A DNA stretch of 64,000 nucleotides from an uncultured Actinomycetota bacterium (GTDB lineage: Bacteria; Actinomycetota; Actinomycetes; Propionibacteriales; Nocardioidaceae), in the NCBI GenBank assembly GCA_963848025.1, contig CAWKBY010000005.1, positions 154,154-218,153 of the forward strand, in the 5' to 3' direction. The notes beneath the pieces were generated by a model. The model was not told where the DNA came from. It did not search any database and saw only the letters and a list, made by a program, of their open reading frames with translations. The position numbers and the translations under genes were made by a program. This document shows, in pieces, positions 53,029-63,000 of this stretch (the first letter of the stretch is position 1; every line of letters begins with the position of its first letter).

Positions 53029-53502
53029 TCAGCCCCACACGGAGCGAGCACCGCTGTCGCCGGCGAGCACCACCAGGACGAGTACCAACACGGAGGCCAG
53101 CGCGAGGACGACCGTGACCCCCAGGTCAACGGCACCCCCATGTCGTGGTCGCTCTCCCGCCTTGGACATCAGCGCGCTGGGGCCGCCGAGACGCCACACG
53201 GCTATCAGCATCACCAGCACGTAGGGCACCAGGACGTTTCGCAGGAGCAGTCCGGCGCTGCGGTGGCTGCGCACGGACTCCAGGGCGTCCAGGCCGCGGG
53301 CCTCCAGCAGGGACTGGCCCGAGGCAGCGGCGACGACGGCGCTGCCGGCGGCGGCCAGCGTGAGCAGAAGGAACGGCCACCGCAGCAGCCAGCGCCAGCC
53401 GGGCCGAGCGGCGTAGGCGAGACCGGTCAGGGCGGCCAGCGGCGTGAGCACCACGACGGCGTGCACGACGAGCGGGTGGAGGGGCAAGCCGTTGATCTCC
53501 AT
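53029..53502 (-). CDS. DUF2231 domain-containing membrane protein
   Basis: 157 aa from ATG 53502: MEINGLPLHPLVVHAVVVLTPLAAL..., with four TM helices. The rest of track ORF 53029..54000 is antisense to hisN. Confidence 0.7.
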   Translation of the reverse strand: MEINGLPLHPLVVHAVVVLTPLAALTGLAYAARPGWRWLLRWPFLLLTLAAAGSAVVAAASGQSLLEARGLDALESVRSHRSAGLLLRNVLVPYVLVMLIAVWRLGGPSALMSKAGERPRHGGAVDLGVTVVLALASVLVLVLVVLAGDSGARSVWG

Positions 53503-53598
53503 GAGAGGACGGTAGCCACTCCCCCGTCCGCGGCGCGCCTGTACCTTCGTACGAGCCGGATGCGCCGCCACGGCCGCCCGGGGCAATAGCCTGGCCCC

Positions 53599-54501
53599 AT
53601 GAGCGACGGCCCGGACTACACCGACGACCTGCGCCTGGCGCACCTGCTGGCCGACGACGCCGACTCGCTCACCCAGGCGCGCTTCAAGGCGCTCGACCTG
53701 CATGTGATGAGCAAGCCCGACCTGACGCCGGTGACCGAGGCCGACCTCGCCGTCGAGGACGCCATCCGTCGCACGCTGTCGCGGGTGCGCTCCCGCGACG
53801 CCGTCGTCGGCGAGGAGCACGGCAGCAGCGGGCACAGCCAGCGCCGCTGGATCATCGACCCGATCGACGGCACCAAGAACTTCGTCCGCGGCGTGCCGGT
53901 CTGGGCGACGCTGATCGCCCTGGCCGTGGACGACGAGGTGGTCCTGGGGGTCGTGTCGGCCCCGGCACTGCAGCGGCGCTGGTGGGCCGCGGGCGGCCAC
54001 GGCGCCTGGACCGGCCGGTCGCTGCTCAAGGCGACCCGCTGCCAGGTCTCCGACGTCCGCCGGCTCGAGGACGCCTCGCTGTCCTACGCCTCGCTGGGCG
54101 GCTGGGACGAGCGCGGGCGCCTCGACGACTTCCTGTCACTCTCCCGGCGCTGCTGGCGCACGCGCGCCTACGGCGACTTCTGGTCCTACATGCTGCTGGC
54201 GGAGGGGGCGGTCGACCTCGTCGCCGAGCCCGAGCTGGCGGTCTACGACATGGCCGCCCTCGAGGTGGTCGTGCGCGAGGCGGGGGGGCGGTTCACCTCC
54301 CTCGACGGCACCGAGGGGCCCTGGGGCGGCAACGCGTTGGCCTCCAACGGGCACCTGCACGACGCCGGTCTGTCGTTCCTGGGCGCGCTGCCGGACGGCG
54401 ACACCGACCCCGACGACCCCCGCCACGGCCCCGGCTCGGTCAGCGAGCTGCGCTCCCGCGTCCGCCTCGTGGAGCCCGCCGACGGCCAGCCGGAGGACTG
54501 A
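53599..54501 (+). CDS. hisN: Inositol monophosphatase family protein, likely histidinol-phosphatase HisN
   Basis: KPDLTPVTEADLAVEDAIR, WIIDPIDGTKNFVRGVPVWATLIAL, and WDMAALEVVVREAGG-like motifs. Confidence 0.85.
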   Translation: MSDGPDYTDDLRLAHLLADDADSLTQARFKALDLHVMSKPDLTPVTEADLAVEDAIRRTLSRVRSRDAVVGEEHGSSGHSQRRWIIDPIDGTKNFVRGVPVWATLIALAVDDEVVLGVVSAPALQRRWWAAGGHGAWTGRSLLKATRCQVSDVRRLEDASLSYASLGGWDERGRLDDFLSLSRRCWRTRAYGDFWSYMLLAEGAVDLVAEPELAVYDMAALEVVVREAGGRFTSLDGTEGPWGGNALASNGHLHDAGLSFLGALPDGDTDPDDPRHGPGSVSELRSRVRLVEPADGQPED

Positions 54502-54616
54502 GTCGGGCTGAGAGGTTCACCGTCTCCGGTCCACTCGCTGGCGGGCTCCTTCCGCGACCCTCGGCAGGGGGGTTAGCGTGGACCCAGGAGAGGCCGCCGA
54601 CAGAAAGGCACCGCCG

Positions 54617-55048
54617 ATGCGCATCCGCGACGTGCTCCAAGGCAAGAACACCCAGGACGTCATCACCGTCTCCCCCGACGCGACCGTGCGCGAGCTGCTC
54701 GCGCTGCTCGCGCAGCACAACATCGGCGCGGTGATCGTCAGCACCGACGGCGCGGCCGTCGACGGCATCGTCTCCGAGCGCGACGTCGTCCGCCGGCTGC
54801 ACGACGACGAGGGCACGCTCGACGGCCCGGTGGCCGCGATCATGACCGCCGACGTCCACACCTGCGAGGCCGGCAGCTCCCTCGACGACCTGATGGCGAT
54901 GATGACGGAACGCCGGATCCGGCACGTGCCGGTGGTGTCCGAGGGCCGGTTCACCGGCATCATCAGCATCGGCGACGTGGTCAAGAACCGCATCACCGAG
55001 CTGGAGTTCGAGCGCGACCAGCTCGACAGCTACGTCCACCAGACCTGA
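54617..55048 (+). CDS. CBS domain-containing protein
   Basis: 143 aa with two CBS repeats (VITVSPDATVRELLALLAQHNIGAVIV...; VHTCEAGSSLDDLMAMMTERRIRHVPVV). ATG 54617. Confidence 0.85.
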   Translation: MRIRDVLQGKNTQDVITVSPDATVRELLALLAQHNIGAVIVSTDGAAVDGIVSERDVVRRLHDDEGTLDGPVAAIMTADVHTCEAGSSLDDLMAMMTERRIRHVPVVSEGRFTGIISIGDVVKNRITELEFERDQLDSYVHQT

Positions 55049-55076
55049 CCGACGCCACCAGGAGGAGCGAACCCCC

Positions 55077-55445
55077 GTGGAGAAGCCCGAGATCGAGTTC
55101 TTCGACCCCGAGCCGCCGACCGATCTCGTCGTCACCGACGTGCGCGACGGCGACGGCGCCGAGGCGACCGCCGGCTCGACCGTGTCGGTCCACTACGTCG
55201 GCGTCGCGCACTCCTCGGGCGAGGAGTTCGACGCGTCCTACAACCGGGGCACCCCCCTGCAGTTCCGGCTCGGCATCGGCCAGGTCATCTCCGGCTGGGA
55301 CCAGGGCGTGCAGGGCATGAAGGTCGGCGGGCGCCGCCAGCTGGTCATCCCCCCGCACCTCGGCTACGGCGACCGCGGCGCCGGCGGCGTGATCAAGCCG
55401 GGCGAGACGCTGATCTTCATGGTCGACCTGCTCGACGTCAGCTGA
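55077..55445 (+). CDS. FKBP-type peptidyl-prolyl cis-trans isomerase
   Basis: VHYVGVAHSSGEEFDASYNRGTPLQFRLGIGQVISGWDQGVQGMKVGGRRQLVIPPHLGYGDRGAGGVIKPGETLIFMVDLL. Confidence 0.93.
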   Translation: MEKPEIEFFDPEPPTDLVVTDVRDGDGAEATAGSTVSVHYVGVAHSSGEEFDASYNRGTPLQFRLGIGQVISGWDQGVQGMKVGGRRQLVIPPHLGYGDRGAGGVIKPGETLIFMVDLLDVS

Positions 55446-55653
55446 CCCGGGCCGCCGCCCCGGCCACCTGCACGACGTCGCCGCGCACGAGCTGCCGCCC
55501 GCGCCGGGTGTCCACCTCACCGTTGACGCTGACCTGACCCGACTGCACCAACGGTTTGGCGTCGGCCCCCGAGTCGACGAGGTCGGCCAGCTTCAGGAAC
55601 TGCCCCAGCCGGATCGCGTCGTCGCGGATCGGGACGTCGCGCACCTGGCTCAC
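55438..55653 (-). CDS. RNA-binding S4 domain protein (YbcJ-like)
   Basis: 71 aa, IRLGQFLKLADLVDSGADAKPLVQSGQVSVNGEVDTRRGRQLVRGDVV. Confidence 0.8.
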   Translation of the reverse strand: MSQVRDVPIRDDAIRLGQFLKLADLVDSGADAKPLVQSGQVSVNGEVDTRRGRQLVRGDVVQVAGAAARVS

Positions 55654-55693
55654 CCGGCAATCCTCCCACCCACGGCCCCGCCGACGACAACCC

Positions 55694-56887
55694 TCACCCG
55701 AGCAGCTCGCTGACGGCGTGGATGACCAGTCCGACCAGGCCGCCGACGATGGTGCCGTTGATGCGGATGAACTGCAGGTCGCGGCCCACGTGCAGCTCGA
55801 TCCGGCGCGCCGCCTCCTTGCCGTCCCACCGCTCGATGGTGTGGGTGATGACGGCGGTGACCTCGGCGCCGTACCGCTCGATCACAAAGACGGTGACGTC
55901 GGCCGCCGCCTTGTCGAGCCGGTCGCGCAGCTCCTTGTCCTCGGTCAGCCGAGCAGCGAAGGCGCCCAGCTCGCGCTCCAGGCGCAGGCGTACGGCCCCC
56001 TCGGGGTCGCGCAACGACCCCAGCAGCGCGCGCCGCAGCGCGTTCCACAGCGACACCGCCGTGTCGAGCACGGCCGGGTGGTCGAGGATCCGCTCCTTGA
56101 GCCGCTCCGCACGGTCCTGGGTGTCGGGGTCGTGCAGCAGGTCCTCGGCGAGCTGGGCGAGCATCGAGTCCAGCGCTCCGCGCGCGTGGTGCTGGGGGTC
56201 TGCCCTGATGTCGCCGACCCACCGCAGCGCCTCGGTGTGCAGCCGTCCGGTGACCGCGGAGTTGAGCCGCTCCGGCGCCCACCACGGGGCCCGCTCGGAC
56301 AGCACCTCGCTGAACGTCTCGGGGTTGTGCTCCAGCCACCGCTGCAGCTCGGTGAGTGCAAGGTCGACCAGCCCGTGATGGAGGTCGTCGCGCACGGTCT
56401 CGGCGAGCAGGCCACCGAGCAGCGGAGCGACCGGCTCCTCCCGGAACCGCGGCACCAGCGCCTCGGTGACGATGTCCTCGACGTGTCCGTCGGTCACCTT
56501 GGCCAGCCCGATCGCCGCAACCTCGGCGACCTCGTCGACGACCCGTCTCCGGTGCTGCTCCACCCCGAGCCAGCGGGCGACGCGCAGCGTGACCTCGGAG
56601 GCGAGCACCCGCTCGCGGATGATCGACTCCTGGAGGAAGTTCTCGCCCACGAACTCCTCGAGACCGCGGCCGAGCTCGTCCTTGCGCTTGGGGATCAGCG
56701 CGGTGTGCGGCACGGGCACTCCCAGCGGATGCTTGAAGAGGGCCGTGACCGCGAACCAGTCGGCGATCGCCCCCACCATGGACGCCTCCGCGCCGGCGTT
56801 GACGTAGCCCCACCAGCCGTCGAGGCCGCGGGTGGCGAAGTAGACCGCGGCCGCGAGGAGGAGCAGCGCGACGGCGACGCCACGCAT
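55694..56887 (-). CDS. DUF445 domain-containing membrane protein (N-terminus possibly truncated by a frame change)
   Basis: 397 aa, AIADWFAVTALFKHPLGVPVPHTALIPKRKDELG... An upstream out-of-frame ATG at 56960 encodes MSTPLTLITADPDADEQRRRGL, which looks like the family's usual N-terminus. Confidence 0.8.
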   Translation of the reverse strand: MRGVAVALLLLAAAVYFATRGLDGWWGYVNAGAEASMVGAIADWFAVTALFKHPLGVPVPHTALIPKRKDELGRGLEEFVGENFLQESIIRERVLASEVTLRVARWLGVEQHRRRVVDEVAEVAAIGLAKVTDGHVEDIVTEALVPRFREEPVAPLLGGLLAETVRDDLHHGLVDLALTELQRWLEHNPETFSEVLSERAPWWAPERLNSAVTGRLHTEALRWVGDIRADPQHHARGALDSMLAQLAEDLLHDPDTQDRAERLKERILDHPAVLDTAVSLWNALRRALLGSLRDPEGAVRLRLERELGAFAARLTEDKELRDRLDKAAADVTVFVIERYGAEVTAVITHTIERWDGKEAARRIELHVGRDLQFIRINGTIVGGLVGLVIHAVSELLG

Positions 56888-57061
56888 CCGGCGCCAGGCC
56901 GCGACGGCGCTGCTCGTCGGCGTCGGGGTCGGCGGTGATCAGGGTCAGCGGGGTGCTCATCGCGACCGATTGTGTCCTACCGGTCCGCCTCCCGCGCCGA
57001 GCCTCGACCCTCGGGCACCAGGATCCCGGGAGGCGCCACGGCTCGTGCCACAATGCCGGGC

Positions 57062-57461
57062 ATGGCGCGCACGGTGATCACCTTCGGCACCTTCGACGTG
57101 TTCCACGTCGGCCACCTGCGCGTGATCGAGCGGGCGGCCGCCCTCGGCGACCGCCTCGTGGTGGGCGTGTCGGGCGACGCCCTCAACCTGCGCAAGAAGG
57201 GTCGCGAGCCGGTCTTCTCCGAGCGCGAGCGGATGGCCATCGTGGCCGCGCTCAAGCCCGTCCACGAGGTCTTCCTCGAGGAGAGCCTGGAGCTCAAGCG
57301 CGACTACATCCGGCAGTACGCCGCCGACGTGCTCGTGATGGGCGACGACTGGAAGGGTCGCTTCGACGACATGCGGCGACCTCTGCGAGGTGGTCTACCT
57401 CCCTCGCACGCCCGCCATCTCCACCACCGCGCTGATCGAGAAGATCTCCGGCATCGCCTGA
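57062..57461 (+). pseudogene. Glycerol-3-phosphate cytidylyltransferase-like (TagD family), single +1 frame break near the 3' end
   Basis: MARTVITFGTFDVFHVGHLRVIERAAALGDRLVVGVSGDALNL...VLVMGDDWKGRFDDMR is in one frame. CEVVYLPRTPAISTTALIEKISGIA-stop is in the next frame (compare B. subtilis TagD ...MGDDWEGKFDFLKDQCEVVYLPRTEGISTT). Length is 400 nt. Confidence 0.8.
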
Positions 57462-57640
57462 GCGCCTCCCTCCGGTCGCACCGCGGCTCGCGGCGAACTT
57501 CGCCGTCGGCGTGCGGGGGGCCAGGAGTTCACGTACTGTGGACCGGGCTGGCGGTCGGCTTGTCGCGCCGTCAGGCCGATGTGGGTGCGGCCGCACTCGC
57601 GTCTCGATCACCGGCATCGACCACCCTGGGGGATCCACTC

Positions 57641-59191
57641 ATGCGTCGCACTCTGGCCGCAGCCGTCCTGGCCTTCGCCACCGCCACCCTGGCACTGCCC
57701 GCCGTGCCCACGGCGGCCGACCCGGGGGGCGCCAGTCCGACCCTGCCCGTGCTGCCCGACCAGGCCGCCGAGCGGGCCCTGGAGGTCGCCACCCGCGTGC
57801 TCGACGGCAAGCCGTCGACGACCGACCCCGACGCCACGCTGGCGCTCACCGACCTGCGCCTGGCGCTGCCGCGGCTGACCGGCCTCGACAAGCAGCGCGC
57901 CGAGAGCCTGCTGGCCCGGCCGACCGACGGAAACGCCGACCGCTTCGGTGACGGCTACGCCCCCGGGGCGAAGAAGACCAAGAAGTGCTCGAAGTACCTC
58001 TGCCTGCACTGGGTCACCAAGAGCACCGACGCCGACAAGCCGCCCGCGGGCTGGGCCGGCACCACCCTCACCCAGCTCAACAAGGTGTGGAAGAAGGAGA
58101 TCGGCGGGATGGGCTACAAGAAGCCCCTCGGCGACGGCAGCAAGGGCGGCAACAGCAAGCTCGACGTCTACCTCAAGGACGTCGGCTCCAAGGGCCTCTA
58201 TGGCTACTGCGCCCCGGAGCAGAAGAAGTACAAGTACACCTACGCCGGCTACTGCGTGCTCGACAACGACTTCGACCCCGCCGAGTTCGGCGGCGCGCCC
58301 GCGCTGAGCAGCCTCAAGGTCACCGCGGCGCACGAGTTCTTCCACGCCGTGCAGTTCGCCTACGACGCCGCCGAGGACCGCTGGTTCATGGAGTCGACGG
58401 CCACCTGGATGGAGGAGCGCTACGCCGACGGCATCAACGACAACCTGCAGTACCTCCCGTACGGCCAGCTCGGCGCCCCGCACGAGTCCCTCGACACCTT
58501 CGTCAACGGCGGCGGCAACCAGTACGGCAACTGGGCGTTCTGGGAGTACCTCACCCAGCGCAAGGGCAACAGCCTGGTCAAGAACGTCTGGAAGAAGGCC
58601 GCGACCTACAAGGGCGCGCCCGACCAGTACTCCACCCAGGCGCTGAAGACGGTGCTGAAGAACAAGGGCGGCTTCACGAAGACCTTCGCCGCCTACGCCA
58701 ACGCGCTCACCCTGCCCGCGAAGTTCTGGGACGAGGGCTCGACCTGGCCGGGCAGCGCCCCGCTGACCTACAGCCACAGCCTGAACTCCGCCAGCGCCGG
58801 CGCGCCGGTCGGCAACACGGTGGGCCTGAGCCACATGGCCTCCCGCAACGTCCGCTTCACGACCGGAGACGCCTCGCTGGTCAAGGGCTACCGGCTGAAG
58901 GTGGCCGTCGACGGCCCGAGCAGCACGACCTCGCCGGTGGCCTACCTGCTGGTGCAGAAGAAGGACGGCAGCATCGTGCGCACCGCGATCAGCCTCAACA
59001 GCACCGGCAAGGGAACGAAGACCGTCGGCTTCGACTTCGTCAACGTCGCGAGCGTGACGCTGACCCTGGGCAACGCCTCCACGCGGTTCTCGTGCTGGAC
59101 CTCCGGCTCGACCTACTCCTGCTACGGCGTTCCGAAGGACGAGAACAAGCCGTTCGCCTACACCGGGACGGTGCTCGCCCCGGCTCCGTGA
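57641..59191 (+). CDS. Secreted HExxH zinc metalloprotease (MXAN_6640-like putative metalloprotease)
   Basis: 516 aa from ATG 57641 with signal peptide MRRTLAAAVLAFATATLALPAVPTAADP. The active-site motif is VTAAHEFFHAVQFAYD with a downstream E in MESTATWMEE. Confidence 0.8.
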   Translation: MRRTLAAAVLAFATATLALPAVPTAADPGGASPTLPVLPDQAAERALEVATRVLDGKPSTTDPDATLALTDLRLALPRLTGLDKQRAESLLARPTDGNADRFGDGYAPGAKKTKKCSKYLCLHWVTKSTDADKPPAGWAGTTLTQLNKVWKKEIGGMGYKKPLGDGSKGGNSKLDVYLKDVGSKGLYGYCAPEQKKYKYTYAGYCVLDNDFDPAEFGGAPALSSLKVTAAHEFFHAVQFAYDAAEDRWFMESTATWMEERYADGINDNLQYLPYGQLGAPHESLDTFVNGGGNQYGNWAFWEYLTQRKGNSLVKNVWKKAATYKGAPDQYSTQALKTVLKNKGGFTKTFAAYANALTLPAKFWDEGSTWPGSAPLTYSHSLNSASAGAPVGNTVGLSHMASRNVRFTTGDASLVKGYRLKVAVDGPSSTTSPVAYLLVQKKDGSIVRTAISLNSTGKGTKTVGFDFVNVASVTLTLGNASTRFSCWTSGSTYSCYGVPKDENKPFAYTGTVLAPAP

Positions 59192-59201
59192 GACCGGGCG
59201 C

Positions 59202-60047
59202 ATGAGCTCACGACCGCCGTCGTTCCGGCCGCTGCTCGCGGCCGGGGTGACGGCGGTCCTGTCTCTCGCACTGCTCGGCTGGGCGGTCGCGACCGGGGCG
59301 CTCGGCCCCGACGTGGGCCGCGGCGCCAACTTCTGTGAGGCCGCCCGGGACGGGCTGGTGCGCCAGCCGGCCAACACCTGGTCGAACCTCGGCTTCGTCG
59401 TCGCCGGGCTCGCCGTCGCCTGGCACGCCCGCCGTCCGGAGTCGCGGGGCCAGGGCCTGCTCCGCGGCACCGGCCTGGTCTCGGCCTACGCCTGCGTCGT
59501 GGTGCTCCTCGGACCGGCGAGCGCGGCCATGCATGCGACCCAGTCGGCGTGGGGTGGGCACCTCGACCTGCTGAGCATGTACCTCGTGGCGAGCTTCGCG
59601 GCGGCGTACGCCCTCACCCGGCACCGCGGGGCAGGGGCGGCGACGTTCGGGGTGCTCTTCGGACTGCTGCTCCTGGGCTGCGAGCTGGTCGGCGCTCTCC
59701 CGGTCGACGTGCCCCTGGTGCACGTGCCCGGCAACGTCGCCTTCGGCCTGCTGCTCGTCCTGGCTCTCAGCCTCGAGCTGCGCATGGTGCGCGGTGGTCG
59801 CGTCGTCGCCGAGGGGAGGTACGCCGTCGCGGCCGGCGCCACGATGGCACTCGCGTTCGGCATCTGGATCGCGACCAACGCCGGGATGTGCGACCCGCGG
59901 TCGCTGCTCCAGGGGCACGCGGTGTGGCACCTGCTGGGCGCCGTCGCGGCCTACCTGCTGTTCCGCTACTACGCCAGCGAGCGCCAGCCGACGCCCGCCC
60001 CGGCCCCCACCAACGAGGTCAGGCCAGCTCCCGCTCCAGCACGCTGA
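59202..60047 (+). CDS. Ceramidase-like polytopic membrane protein
   Basis: 281 aa with about 7 TM helices. QPANTWSNLGFVVAG and HAVWHLLGA resemble alkaline-ceramidase/PAQR-type motifs. It starts 10 nt after the protease stop. Confidence 0.6.
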   Translation: MSSRPPSFRPLLAAGVTAVLSLALLGWAVATGALGPDVGRGANFCEAARDGLVRQPANTWSNLGFVVAGLAVAWHARRPESRGQGLLRGTGLVSAYACVVVLLGPASAAMHATQSAWGGHLDLLSMYLVASFAAAYALTRHRGAGAATFGVLFGLLLLGCELVGALPVDVPLVHVPGNVAFGLLLVLALSLELRMVRGGRVVAEGRYAVAAGATMALAFGIWIATNAGMCDPRSLLQGHAVWHLLGAVAAYLLFRYYASERQPTPAPAPTNEVRPAPAPAR

Positions 60048-63000
60048 TGATCTTGGGGCGCAGGTCGCGCGCCGCGATCACCTCGTCGACCGAGCCGACC
60101 GCCACCGCGCGGTGGATGTCATGGACACCGTCGAACTCCCGCGCGACCTCGCTGATCCTCTCGGCGCGCACCGACGCCCGCAGCTCGGCCAGCTCGACCT
60201 GCAGCACCGAACGCTCGGTGCCGGTCGCCGCGGCGATCTGCTCCTCCAGGGCGGTGACCCGGGGGTCGCCGGCGGTGCGCTTGTCGACCTCGCCCGCGAA
60301 CACCACCGCCGCGGCGGGGGCCCCGCCGATCACCGACGCGAAGGACCCCTCGACGGCGAGCACGGTCATCCGCTCGTTGAGCCGCTTGGAGAAGACCACG
60401 AACGCGCCACCGTGGTAGCGCGAGATCACCACGAAGACGATCGGTCCGTCGAAGTTGACGATGGCACGGCCGATCTCGGCGCCGTACTCCAGCTGGAGGC
60501 GACGCATCGACTCCGGTGACCCGTCGAAGCCGGACAGGTTGGCCAGCACCACCAGCGGCTGCCGGCCGCTCGCGGCGTTGATCGCTCGCGCGGTCTTCTT
60601 CGACGAGCGCGGGAACAGCGTGCCCGCGGTGTAGGTGTCGGGACCGTCGGTGGGCGGGAAGCCGCGACGCGGCACCGGCCGTGACTCGATGCCGAGCAGA
60701 CAGACGCTGTGCCCGCCCAGCCGGGCGTCGAGCACGACGGCGGTCTCGGCGTCGGCCATGCCGGCCCAGCGCTCCAACGTCGGGTGGTCCTGGTCGGCGA
60801 CCGCGCGCATGACCGTGCGGATGTCGAACCCCTTCTTGCGGTCGGGGTTGGTCTGCGCGGAGAAGATCTCACCCAGCGTGGCGAAGTCGCTCCCGACCGA
60901 GGCGTGCGGCGAGAGCGTCACGTCACGGTCGGCCGGGTCGTCGGTGGCGGAGCGACGCGGGCGCAGCTCGCCCGGCGCGACGTAGGTGTGTTCGTAGTGC
61001 CCCATCAGCACGGCGAACGCGGCGGCGAGGTCGGGCGCCCAGTACTGCGCCTGACCGTTGGGGCCCATCACCCGGTCGTAGCCGCCGATGCCGTAGTTGT
61101 CCTCCGCGGACACGCCGCCGGAGAAGTCCAGCGACTGCTTGCCGGTGAGGACCATCGCGCTGTCAGGCGTCATCACCAGGATGCCCTTGGTGTGCATCAG
61201 CATCGTGGCCTCGGCGTTCCAGTAGGGCTGGGCGCCGACGTTGATCCCGGCCACGACGACGTTGATCTCGCCGCCGGCCTGGGTGAAGTCGACGATGCGC
61301 TTCAGCGCGGCGGCGACCCAGTCCATGTTCTCGGTGCCGGAGTCCATCGAGATCCGGGCACCCGCGCTGAGGGCGAACCACTCGAGCGGCACCCCCAGGC
61401 TCTCGGCCAGGTCGAGCGCGGCGATGATCCGGCTGCACTCGGGCTCGGACACCGCGCCGAGGGCCTTGGTCGGGTCGCCGCACAGCAGCACCCGGGTGAT
61501 GCCCTCGGGGTAGCTCGCGATCGGGGTGGTCACCACCGCGCAGAGGATGCCGGCCTTGTTGAGGCCCGGCTCGCGGTCGACCGGCACCAGGGTGCCGATG
61601 TCGTCGAGGTCGTGCTCGACCAGCGAGCCTCCGGGCCCGGCCAGCACCTCGCGCAGCTCGTAGGGGTAGACCAGACCACGGCGGCGGGCGCGCAGCACCT
61701 TGCCGGCGTAGTCGTCGAGCGGCTTGAGCGGCTCGGTCGTGGGCGCCTCGATCTCGGCCCGGACACCGGTGCCGGGGCGGGCGTGGAAGCGGATGGCGAT
61801 CGGGCCGGCGGTGCCGTCGGGGCCCATGATCCGGCCCTGGGCCACGACCTCCTCCAGCCCGGCGCCCTCGCTGAGTGGGGTGATCTTGCCCTGGAGGGCG
61901 GTCAGCTGCTCGAGGTCGGCCTCGACCACCGGCCAGACCTGCACCCAGACATGGTTCATGTCGAAGCCGACGCCGGGACCCGCCAGCGAGGTGCGCGCGC
62001 GCCGGATCGCCTCGAGGCAGTTCTCGACCGCGCGCTCGGCATGCGGGAGCCCGATGACCCGCCCCTCCTCGTCGCGCACGACGGCCAGCTGTCGCACCTG
62101 CGACATCGCCACCAGCCGACGGTCGGTGGGGTTGGACCGGGCGACGCAGTCGAAGAGCAGGACGTCCTCGGGTGCGTCCAGCCGGGTCACCTCGAAGTCG
62201 CGTAGCCGCCAGAGGTTGAGGCGGCGGCCCACCATGGGATGGACCCCGCGGACCCGGACGTCCTCGGCCAGGCCGGTCCCGTCGTCGTCCCAGCGCAGCG
62301 TGTAGTAGCTGACGTCGCGGTCCGGGGTGCAGACGGCCACGGCCACCCGGCGTACGTCGGCCAGCCAGGAGGTCGCCTCCAGCATGGCGGCCAGCCGCGC
62401 CGACGCCTCGTCGGGTCCCTCAGGCCTGTCGTCCCAGGTGAGATACAGCTCGACGACGGCCTCGTCACCGGTCGCGCGCTCGGCCAGCTGCCCGGCCACC
62501 GCGCGGTGCAGCTCGCCGGTGGCGTCACCCAGCTCGGCCACGGTGCCCAGCGTGCACACGATCCGCGTCGGCTGGCCTTCGAGGGCGTAGTCGGCCACCG
62601 CGAACGTGCGGCCGCCGGTCTGGACGCACCGCACGTCGTGCAGGTCGAACTCGAGGTAGTGGCGCCGGACCATCACCTCCAGGAGCGGCTCGCGCTCCGG
62701 GATGCCGCCGGCGAGCCGTTGGCAGAGGAAGCCGACGATCTGCTCCGGGATGGCGGCCAGTGCGTCGATCCGGGCGGCTCGGTCCGGGGCGTCGGGGTGG
62801 GCGGCCAGGTCGGCGACCTCGGCCGCCACCCCGGCCAGCACCTGGTCACGCTCGGCATCGACCTGCGGCTGGTCGAACCAGCGGAACCGGACGCTGCGCG
62901 CCAGGTCGCCGACCACGGGGAAGCGCAGCTGGGTGGCCCGAACGAGCCTCTCCAGCTCCTCGCGCGCCACGTGGGCCCCGCCGTCGGCCGGCGGTGGGTC

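Noticed and set aside
56972-59191. 739-aa ORF that looks like a cytidylyltransferase-protease fusion protein
   Set aside because: The fusion is created by a +1 frame slip near 57375 in the TagD-like gene. The true C-terminus (CEVVYLPRTPAISTT...) is in the next frame and ends at 57461. The protease has its own ATG, and a signal peptide begins at 57641.
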